This document shows positions 23,825-31,237 of a stretch of 31,237 bases of DNA, piece by piece (within the stretch, counting starts at the first letter, position 1; each line of letters begins with the position of its first letter). A program made the position numbers and the translations under genes. Source of the stretch: Gemmatimonadota bacterium (GTDB lineage Bacteria > Gemmatimonadota > Gemmatimonadetes > Palauibacterales > Palauibacteraceae). Location of the stretch: contig JBDHAC010000056.1 of NCBI GenBank assembly GCA_039588275.1, positions 1 to 31,237 of the forward strand. Reading direction: 5' to 3'. Below the pieces are notes generated by a model. That model made no database searches. It saw only the letters and a list, made by a program, of their open reading frames with translations, and was not told the origin of the DNA.

Positions 23825-26800
23825 ACCGCGCGATCGCATGGATGGCACGAAACGGGGTCGCGGCCAACCTCCTTCTGGTGTTCATCGTCGTCGCCGGGAT
23901 GCTGGCGGTGTTCACGGTTCCCCAGGAGGTCTTTCCCGAGTTCGCACTCGACACGATCCAGATCACGGTCGAATACCCCGGCGCTTCACCCGAGGAGATC
24001 GAGGAGGCGATCGTCCAGCGGATCGAGGAGCGGATCGACGGCGTCGAGGGCGTTCGGCGAGTCACGGCCGTCGCGTCGGAGGGTGTCGGCGTCGTGCTCG
24101 CCGAATTGAACCTCGGGACCGACGAGGCGCGGGCGCTCGACGACGTCAAGGCGGAGATCGACCGCATCGTCACGTTCCCGGAGGACGCCGAGGAGCCCGA
24201 GGTGGTGGCGCTGACCGCCCGGAGCCGCGTGATCGAGATCGCGCTTTACGGCGACGTCGACGAGCGGACCCTCCGCGAGCTGGCGTACCGGGCCAAGGAC
24301 GACCTCGCCTCCATCCCCGACATCTCGTACGTGCAGGTGGCTGGCGTGCGAGAATACGAGATCTCGATCGAGGTCTCGATGGATGCCCTCAGAGCGTGGG
24401 GTCTCACGCTCGACGAGGTGGCCGCGGTGGTGCGGCGTGCGAGTCTCGACCTGCCCGGGGGCGATGTGAGGACGGACAGCGAGGAAATCCTGGTCCGGGT
24501 CGAAGGCCAGAACTACACGCGTGCCGACTTCGCGGAGATCATCGTCCGCGGATCTCGCGATGGCGCGGCGTTGCGGCTCGACCAGATCGCCGAGATTCGC
24601 GATGGGTTCGAGGATGTGGATCTCATCTCGCGTTTCGAAGGGCAGCCGGCGGCCTTCGTGCAGGTCTTTCGCACAGGCGATGAGCGCGTGCTGGAGAGCG
24701 TCGAGCTCGTGCAGGACTACCTCGCCGGGGAGTTCGCGTCCGTGCTCCCCAAAGGCGTCGAGTACGCGATCTGGGAGAACGAAGCGGACTACCTCGACAG
24801 CCGCATCAGTCTGCTGCTCAAGAACGCGCGCATCGGCCTCGTTCTGGTCCTTCTCGCGCTCACCCTGTTTCTGAACCTGCGCCTCGCCTTCTGGACCGCG
24901 GTCGGGATATTCCTGTCGTTTGTCGGAACGTTCGCGGTCATGCATACGCTGGGCGCGACGATCAACATGCTCTCGCTGTTCGGCTTCATCCTCGCGATCG
25001 GGATCGTCGTGGACGACGCGATCGTCGTCGGGGAGAGCATCTACCATCACCGCGAGCGGGGTGTGGGGAGGCTGGATGCGTCGATCCGGGGTACGCGACG
25101 GGTCGCGGTGCCGGTGACGTTCGCGGTCCTCACGACCGTCGCCGCGTTCACGCCCCTCCTGTTCGTCCCCGGCAGCATCGGCAAGTTCATGGGCGAGATC
25201 CCCACCGTGGTGATCGCCGTGCTTCTCCTGTCGCTCGTCGAGGCGTTGTTGATCCTTCCGTACCACCTGTCGCACCTCCCACGGCCCGAAGAGGAGCGGC
25301 GCGACGGGTTCGTCGGACGCATCCGGCGCGCTCAGGATGTGGTCCACGCAGCGCTTCAGCGCTTCATCAACGGTCCCCTGGACCGTGCGGTCCGGTTCGC
25401 GACCCGCCGGTACGGTCTCGTCCTGGCCGGCGCGACCGCGATCGTCCTCATCGTGGCCGGGCTCGTCGGAGGGCGATACATCCGCTTCAGCTTCTTGCCG
25501 GACATCGAGGGCGAGGAGGTGCTCGCGTACCTCGAGATGCCCGAAGGCACGCCGGCGGAGCGAACCCGAGAGATCGCCGCCTACATCGAGCGCGTCGGTC
25601 GTGACGTGGCGGCGGATCTCCAGGCAGAGCTGCCGATTGATCATCCCCCGTTCGTCGAGGCCGTATTCACGAGCGTGGGCGAACGCCCCTCGCAATCCCG
25701 ACAGCCCAGCCTCGCCGCGACCCCCAGCTTCATTCAATCCAACATCGCGGAGTTGAGCTTCCGGCTATTGGATTCCGAGGAGCGGCAGTTGCCGGCGAGC
25801 ACTTTCGAGCAGGCATGGCGGGAGCGCGTAGGCGTCGTGCCGGGGGCGCGGACGCTCACCTTCAACTCCGTGTTGATCGACCTGGGAGCACCGGTCCAGG
25901 TCGAGCTCTCGCACCCGGACACCGCATCCCTGAACCGTGCCGTGGAGGCGCTCGAGTCGGAGCTGGAGCGCTTCGCGGGCGTGCTCGATGTGCGCGACGA
26001 CCGTGGTCGCGGCAAGCGCGAGCTTCAGTTGGAGCTCAAACCGGCCGGCCGCACGCTCGGAGTCACGCTCGATGACCTGGCGCGGCAGGTGCGCGCCGGC
26101 TTCTTCGGCGCCGAGGCTTTGCGGCTGCAGCGCGGCCGTGACGAAGTACGCGTATACGTTCGGCTGCCCGCCGATGAGCGGAACACGCTCGCGGACCTGC
26201 GCGACTACCGGATTCGGGCGCCCAGCGGCGGAGCGGTGCCGCTGTCGGAAGTGGCGGAGGTCTCCTTCGACGTCGGTGCATCGACCGTCCGGCGCATCGA
26301 TGGCCGGCGGATCGTAACGATTACCGCCGACGTCAACCGGGCGGTCGTGACCGGGCAGGAGGTGAACGGGGCGTTGGAAGGTGAGGTGTTGCCCCAGCTA
26401 CGGGCGAGCTTCCCGGGGCTGCGCTTCTCCTTCGGTGGCGAGCAACGCGAACAGGCGGAGGCGATCGGTGGGATGGCGCGGGGATTCGCGCTGGCGCTCG
26501 TCGTGATCTACGCGATGCTGGCCATCCCGTTTCGGTCCTACGTGCAGCCACTCATCATCATGGCGTCCATTCCGCTCGGTTTCGTAGGGGCGGCGCTCGG
26601 CCACCTGATGATGGGTCTGGACCTCCAGATCTTGAGCCTGTTCGGGATCGTCGGGCTGAGCGGCGTGGTGGTGAACGACTCGCTGGTGTTCATCGACTTC
26701 ATCAACGAAGAGCGCCGGAGCGGGAAGGAGATGGCCCAGGCGATCGTCGACGCCGCCAAGATCCGCTTCCGGCCGATCTTCCTGACGTCGCTGACGACGT

Positions 26801-27024
26801 TCCTCGGGGTTTCTCCGATCATCTTCGAGCGCAGCATCCAGGCTCAGTTCCTCGTCCCCATGGCGGTCAGCCTCGGGTTCGGGATTCTGATCGCGACCGC
26901 GATCATCATGCTGGTGGTGCCGGCCCTGTCGATGCTGCAGCATCGGGCGGCCGAACGCGTCGCGTCGTGGAGAGACCGACCCCGGTCCCGCGAGGTGGAC
27001 ATAGGCTGGGCGGGCGAGGGGTGA
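23821..27024 (+). CDS. RND efflux permease (AcrB/AcrD/AcrF family), 1067 aa
   Basis: EVFPEF, YPGASPEEIE, TM4 GIVVDDAIVVGE, GVVVNDS and RFRPIFLTSLTT. Confidence 0.95.
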   Translation: MNRAIAWMARNGVAANLLLVFIVVAGMLAVFTVPQEVFPEFALDTIQITVEYPGASPEEIEEAIVQRIEERIDGVEGVRRVTAVASEGVGVVLAELNLGTDEARALDDVKAEIDRIVTFPEDAEEPEVVALTARSRVIEIALYGDVDERTLRELAYRAKDDLASIPDISYVQVAGVREYEISIEVSMDALRAWGLTLDEVAAVVRRASLDLPGGDVRTDSEEILVRVEGQNYTRADFAEIIVRGSRDGAALRLDQIAEIRDGFEDVDLISRFEGQPAAFVQVFRTGDERVLESVELVQDYLAGEFASVLPKGVEYAIWENEADYLDSRISLLLKNARIGLVLVLLALTLFLNLRLAFWTAVGIFLSFVGTFAVMHTLGATINMLSLFGFILAIGIVVDDAIVVGESIYHHRERGVGRLDASIRGTRRVAVPVTFAVLTTVAAFTPLLFVPGSIGKFMGEIPTVVIAVLLLSLVEALLILPYHLSHLPRPEEERRDGFVGRIRRAQDVVHAALQRFINGPLDRAVRFATRRYGLVLAGATAIVLIVAGLVGGRYIRFSFLPDIEGEEVLAYLEMPEGTPAERTREIAAYIERVGRDVAADLQAELPIDHPPFVEAVFTSVGERPSQSRQPSLAATPSFIQSNIAELSFRLLDSEERQLPASTFEQAWRERVGVVPGARTLTFNSVLIDLGAPVQVELSHPDTASLNRAVEALESELERFAGVLDVRDDRGRGKRELQLELKPAGRTLGVTLDDLARQVRAGFFGAEALRLQRGRDEVRVYVRLPADERNTLADLRDYRIRAPSGGAVPLSEVAEVSFDVGASTVRRIDGRRIVTITADVNRAVVTGQEVNGALEGEVLPQLRASFPGLRFSFGGEQREQAEAIGGMARGFALALVVIYAMLAIPFRSYVQPLIIMASIPLGFVGAALGHLMMGLDLQILSLFGIVGLSGVVVNDSLVFIDFINEERRSGKEMAQAIVDAAKIRFRPIFLTSLTTFLGVSPIIFERSIQAQFLVPMAVSLGFGILIATAIIMLVVPALSMLQHRAAERVASWRDRPRSREVDIGWAGEG

Positions 27025-27653
27025 GGCAACGCCGCTCATCCGCGGGCATGGTCCTCGCGCTGGCCGGCGGTGCGATTACGATGATCCCTGCCTCGGCATC
27101 GGCTCCGGGACCGGAACCGGCCGCGATCCGCCAGCAGGATTGCGAGGCGATCATTCGAGGTGCGGTGATCCGCGACCAGGATTACGAGCGGCACTTCGGG
27201 GACGACCTCGTGTTCCGGCTCACCGCCGCGGCCAACGCCCCGCCCAACCCGCAGGAGTGGAGGATCGAGGTGCGGCCGGCGGCTTTCCCGGAGCACGAGT
27301 ACACCTATTACGCCTCGCCGCCCTTCCGCTTCTGGAACCCGCGCTACATCGGTACCTCCTACGGATACACGGCGGTACGCGCCGTGGAGCACGGTGTCCG
27401 CGAGTTCCGGTTCCTGACGAATGAGGAGGATTACGCCCGCGCCCGCCGAGCGATCGAAGTGGTGCTGTGGCCCGGGAACTACTCCAGGGCGGAGTACGAC
27501 GCGGAGGTGCGGACGCTGGGCGAACTGGCGAAGGGCCGCGGCACGTTCAGGATCCTCGACTCGCGGTTGACCCCTCCGACGGCCGAGAGACCGCTCGGGG
27601 GCATCGAGCGTCTCGAGTTCGAGGTCACGCTCTGCCTGCCTCGCACTCGGTGA
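27021..27653 (+). CDS. Hypothetical exported protein, last gene of the RND operon
   Basis: GTG 27021 overlaps the permease stop (GTGA). Signal-peptide-like N-terminus and an aromatic-rich core (YTYYASPPFRFWNPRYIGTSYGY). Confidence 0.65.
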   Translation: MRQRRSSAGMVLALAGGAITMIPASASAPGPEPAAIRQQDCEAIIRGAVIRDQDYERHFGDDLVFRLTAAANAPPNPQEWRIEVRPAAFPEHEYTYYASPPFRFWNPRYIGTSYGYTAVRAVEHGVREFRFLTNEEDYARARRAIEVVLWPGNYSRAEYDAEVRTLGELAKGRGTFRILDSRLTPPTAERPLGGIERLEFEVTLCLPRTR

Positions 27654-28119
27654 TCTCGGGCGTTTCCTCCTTCGCGGAGTCTGGAAGCTGTGCCTCGAGG
27701 GCCAGGAACACGTCGGGGGTCCAGTCTCTCGCGGAGATGTCGAGCGCGAAGATCCGCCGGCTCACGACTTCGACGGCCCATAGGCCCGCTCCGGCGTTGT
27801 CCAGGAACACCCCCACCCGCTCCCCCGCATCGGCGTCGACGGCCATCTGCTCGGGATCCTGCACCTCGGGCTCGTAGCTGCGCGCCATGAGCTGTCCCTG
27901 GGCCGTGTCGGCGACCTCGATCACCAACCCGACCCACCTGACCCCTCGTTCGGCCGCCGCCCAGACCTCCTCGAACGACCCGCGATAGCAGCGCACCTCC
28001 CCCTCTCCCCGCTCTCTCAGGACCCGTTGTGTCGTGACGCAACCGGCCAGGCCGATCGCCAGACCGGCGAGCGCCGGCAACCCGCGGGTGAAAGGCAACT
28101 TGAGCTGACCGGAGCTCAT
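27625..28119 (-). CDS. Hypothetical lipoprotein
   Basis: Canonical lipobox LAGC after a hydrophobic stretch. ATG overlaps the aldehyde dehydrogenase stop (TGATG). Confidence 0.75.
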   Translation of the reverse strand: MSSGQLKLPFTRGLPALAGLAIGLAGCVTTQRVLRERGEGEVRCYRGSFEEVWAAAERGVRWVGLVIEVADTAQGQLMARSYEPEVQDPEQMAVDADAGERVGVFLDNAGAGLWAVEVVSRRIFALDISARDWTPDVFLALEAQLPDSAKEETPEITECEAGRA

Positions 28120-29486
28120 CAGCTACCGATCCAGACGGTCTTCACGTTCACGAACTCCCGGATGCCGTGCGGGCCCAGCTCACGACCGTACCCGGACTGC
28201 TTTACACCGCCGAAGGGCAGTTGCGGCACCGAGGCCACCAGGGCGTTGACGAACACCTGCCCCGCGAGGAGCTCCCGGGTGCAGCGATCCGCCTCCTCAC
28301 CCTCGGTCGTCCACACGGACGCACCGAGTCCGTACGGGGTGGCGTTCGCCAGCTCGATCGCTTCGTCGAGCGAATCGAACCGAAACACACTGGCAACCGG
28401 TCCGAAGAGCTCCTCGGAATACGCGGGGCACCTGTCGGGAATGTCCGACAGGACCGTGGGTTGATAGAAGTACCCGCGCCCGGCCAGCCTGCGCCCGCCC
28501 GTCAGCACTCGAGCCCCCGCCTCGACGGATTGCCGAACCTGCTCCTCCAGCGTTTCAAGGATGGAGACCTTGGCGAGCGGCCCCACGTCGGTTCCGGCCT
28601 CCATCGGGTCCCCGACCTCGAGGCCCTCCATGCCCTCCACGAAACGGCCCTCGAACTCCTCTGCCACTTCGGTCGCCACCAGGATTCGCTTGGCCGAGAT
28701 GCAGGACTGACCGTTGTTGAGCATGCGAGACTCGATCGCCGTCCGCACGGCCCGCTCGAGGTCGGCGGAGGGCATCACGATCAGCGGGTCGCTGCCACCC
28801 AGCTCGAGGACGGTGCGCTTGATCCGCGCTCCCGCTTCCGAGGCGAGCGAGCTGCCGGCGCGAACGCTGCCCGTGAGCGAAGCGGCCTGGACGATCGGGT
28901 CATCCAGGACCCGGGGTACATCCTCGACCTCGACGAACAGGTTCTGAAAGGCGCCGTCGGGGAAGCCCGCGCGGGCGAACAGACTCTCGATCGCGAGTGC
29001 GCACTGAGGCACGTTGGGCGCGTGCTTTAGCAGTATGACGTTCCCCGCCATCAAGGCCGGGGCGGCACAGCGAATGGCCTGCCAGAACGGAAAGTTCCAC
29101 GGCATGATCGTGAGGACGGCGCCGAGCGGCTCGTAGCACACTACGCTTCGGCGCGCGGTGGTCTCGTACTCTTCGCTTGCCAGGAAATCGGCGGCCTCAT
29201 CCGCATAGTACCTGCACACCCAGGCGCATTTCTCGGCCTCGGCCTCGGCCGCGTCACGCAGCTTACCCATCTCGGCCGTCATCAGCTCCGCGTGCTCGGT
29301 CTTTTCGTCTTCGAGCAGCCCCGCGACTCGCCTTAGCCAGGCGGCGCGCTCTGGGAAGCTCGTTTCGCGGTACGTGAGATATGCGGACCGTGCCCTGTCC
29401 AACCGTCGCTCGACCTCCGCCTCATCGAGCGCCTCGAAGCTCGCCAGATGCTCTTCGGTCGTCGGGTTTATGCTCTCGAAGCTCAT
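28119..29486 (-). CDS. NAD(P)-dependent aldehyde dehydrogenase (succinate-semialdehyde dehydrogenase Sad/GabD1-like), 455 aa
   Basis: Likely start ATG 29486, with AGGAG 9 nt upstream. Motifs IMPWNFPFWQ, LKHA, LTGSVRAG, LELGGSD, NGQSCISAKR, EELFGP and PFGGVKQSGYGRELG. Confidence 0.92.
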   Translation of the reverse strand: MSFESINPTTEEHLASFEALDEAEVERRLDRARSAYLTYRETSFPERAAWLRRVAGLLEDEKTEHAELMTAEMGKLRDAAEAEAEKCAWVCRYYADEAADFLASEEYETTARRSVVCYEPLGAVLTIMPWNFPFWQAIRCAAPALMAGNVILLKHAPNVPQCALAIESLFARAGFPDGAFQNLFVEVEDVPRVLDDPIVQAASLTGSVRAGSSLASEAGARIKRTVLELGGSDPLIVMPSADLERAVRTAIESRMLNNGQSCISAKRILVATEVAEEFEGRFVEGMEGLEVGDPMEAGTDVGPLAKVSILETLEEQVRQSVEAGARVLTGGRRLAGRGYFYQPTVLSDIPDRCPAYSEELFGPVASVFRFDSLDEAIELANATPYGLGASVWTTEGEEADRCTRELLAGQVFVNALVASVPQLPFGGVKQSGYGRELGPHGIREFVNVKTVWIGS

Positions 29487-29657
29487 CTCGCTCATCTCCT
29501 GCCAGCGCGAGTCTGCCGGCAGCCAGCCGGCACCTCTTGCGAGGTATTCGGCGCGCGCCATAGTTAGCTTTCGCGGTCGTGTCGGGGCCCTGGCAGGCTT
29601 CGATGGCGGTCTCGATCGTTACGTGGCGAGCTCGCGTCCCCATACGCAGGAGCCTGC

Positions 29658-31211
29658 ATGCCGCAATCTGTCGCGCCGTCGTCCGCCGCGCCTGCCAAAT
29701 GGGCCAAGGTGATCGACCATACGCGGTGCATCGGTTGTCATGCGTGCACCACGGCGTGCAAGTCCGAGAACGAGGTGCCTCTCGGCGTCACGCGCACGTA
29801 CGTCAAGTACGTCGATGTCGGGGTGTTCCCGCAAGCGCGTCGGGCCTTCCAGGTTACCCGCTGCAACCAATGCGCGGACTCTCCGTGCACGGTCGCGTGT
29901 CCCACGCGGGCGATGCACCGACGCGCTGACGGCATCGTCGATTTCGACAAGTCGATTTGCATCGGCTGCAAAGCCTGCATGGCGGCGTGTCCCTACGATG
30001 CGATCTTCATCAATCCCGAGGACCATTCGGCCGAGAAGTGCAACTTCTGCGCGCACCGAATCGACATGGGTCTCGAGCCGGCGTGCGCCGTCGTGTGCCC
30101 CACGGAGGCCATTCTCGTAGGCGACCTGACGGACTCGACCTCGAAGGTGAGCCGGCTGGTGCACCGCGAGCCGGTCACCGTCCGCCGCCCCGAAAAGGAG
30201 ACACACCCGAAGCTCTTCTATCGAGGAGCGCACCAGACCACCCTGGATCCACTTGCGGCCGTGCAGCCGCCGGGCGGGCTCTTCCTGTGGAGCGAGCAGG
30301 TGAGTGGCAACGGGCGTGTCGTCTCGGGGTCACCGGGCTCTGGGCATGTCGTCGGCGGCACGGCAGGGTCCGCCAACTCGTCCGCGGCGGCGCTGCTCGC
30401 CTACGACGTGGCGCACAAGATCCCGTGGGATTGGAGAGTGAGCCTCTATACGCTCACGAAGGGCATCGCATCGGGCGCGTACCTGGTGGCTCTCCTGCTC
30501 GCGCTCGTGGGAGAGCTGGCCTGGGAGAGCTCGCTGTGGCTCCGCACGGCGCCGATCCTCGCGCTGGCTTTCCTCGCGATCACGGGCGCGCTGCTGATCT
30601 GGGATCTAGAGCACCCGAAACGCTTCTACATGATCTTCACCCGCCCGCACTGGAAGAGCTGGCTCGTCCGCGGCGGCTTCGTGATCGCGGGCTTCGGCGC
30701 CATGCTCACGGCCCACATGTTGACGGGTATGAGCGACCACGGGCCCGCACGAGCTCTCGCCTGGATCGGCGCTCCGCTCGCGGCGATGACGGCGGCGTAC
30801 ACGGCCTATCTGTTCGCACAGGCGAAGGCGCGGGACCTGTGGCAGAACCCGCTTCTCCCGCCGCACTTCATCGTGCAGGCGCTGCTTGCCGGCTCCGCCG
30901 TACTGCTCCCGTTCGCGCCGGGCTTCGCGGGCAGCGCCGTACGGATCCTGCTGGCGGGCGCCGCGGCCCTCCACCTCCTGCTGGTGTTGGGCGAGGTGTC
31001 TCTGACTCATCCCACGGCGCATGCCCATCGGGCGGCGCACGAGATGGTTCGTGGCCGGTTCCGCACCTTCTTCTGGATCGGCATCGTCCTCGTGGCAGTG
31101 GCGATCGGGGCCCCGTGGCTCGGGACGCCGGTCTCGCCGATCGCGTTGCTGGGGCTGCTGGCGCATGAGCATGCGTACGTGCAGGCCGGGCAATCGGTAC
31201 CGCTGGCATGA
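29658..31211 (+). CDS. Fused four-cluster [4Fe-4S] electron-transfer subunit (DmsB/NrfC-like) plus NrfD/PsrC membrane anchor
   Basis: AGGAG RBS. Four Cys groups (CIGCHACTTAC, CNQCADSPCTVACP, CIGCKACMAACP, CNFC...CAVVCP), a Gly/Ser linker, then an NrfD-type region (PWDWRV..Y, LIWDLEHPKRF, SWLVRG, YTAYLF...RDLW). Confidence 0.9.
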   Translation: MPQSVAPSSAAPAKWAKVIDHTRCIGCHACTTACKSENEVPLGVTRTYVKYVDVGVFPQARRAFQVTRCNQCADSPCTVACPTRAMHRRADGIVDFDKSICIGCKACMAACPYDAIFINPEDHSAEKCNFCAHRIDMGLEPACAVVCPTEAILVGDLTDSTSKVSRLVHREPVTVRRPEKETHPKLFYRGAHQTTLDPLAAVQPPGGLFLWSEQVSGNGRVVSGSPGSGHVVGGTAGSANSSAAALLAYDVAHKIPWDWRVSLYTLTKGIASGAYLVALLLALVGELAWESSLWLRTAPILALAFLAITGALLIWDLEHPKRFYMIFTRPHWKSWLVRGGFVIAGFGAMLTAHMLTGMSDHGPARALAWIGAPLAAMTAAYTAYLFAQAKARDLWQNPLLPPHFIVQALLAGSAVLLPFAPGFAGSAVRILLAGAAALHLLLVLGEVSLTHPTAHAHRAAHEMVRGRFRTFFWIGIVLVAVAIGAPWLGTPVSPIALLGLLAHEHAYVQAGQSVPLA

Positions 31212-31237
31212 GCAAACGCGAGGTGGAACGGGACGTC
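31208..31237 (+). CDS. 5' end of the next gene (MSKREVERDV...), function not determinable
   Basis: ATG overlaps the previous stop (ATGA) and the frame is open to the window edge. Only 10 codons are visible. Confidence 0.5.
   Translation, partial: MSKREVERDV

Noticed and set aside
1..31237. CRISPR arrays, tRNA/rRNA genes, transposases, integrases, prophage or defence genes
   Set aside because: None seen. The intergenic gaps are short and contain no regularly spaced repeats or cloverleaf signatures.

Overview
A GC-rich, gene-dense bacterial chromosomal segment. It is probably from Gemmatimonadota, an inference from a pseudogene of a protein family I associate with that phylum. The left end holds a tightly coupled minus-strand operon for anaerobic benzoyl-CoA (aromatic ring) degradation: TetR -> Cys-motif (NapH/MauN-like) membrane protein -> Oah-like ring-opening hydrolase with a C-terminal Zn-ribbon -> Dch -> BcrC. 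BcrC runs off the window and is missing from the ORF track. The operon has a near-consensus sigma70 promoter and a candidate TetR operator. Next come a divergent Rrf2 regulator, tryptophanase, a broken ZIP transporter, a TonB-dependent receptor followed by an uncharacterised membrane protein, a GCS2-CBS fusion and a gene remnant. After these lie a form II coxSLM-type molybdenum hydroxylase, a repeat-containing lipoprotein, a GGT with an apparent internal deletion, Maf, and a TetR-controlled RND efflux operon. The right end has two small exported proteins, an aldehyde dehydrogenase and a fused 4x[4Fe-4S]-NrfD protein followed by the start of another gene. I saw no rRNA, tRNA, CRISPR array or transposase. 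Family assignments are from motifs I recognise, not database searches.
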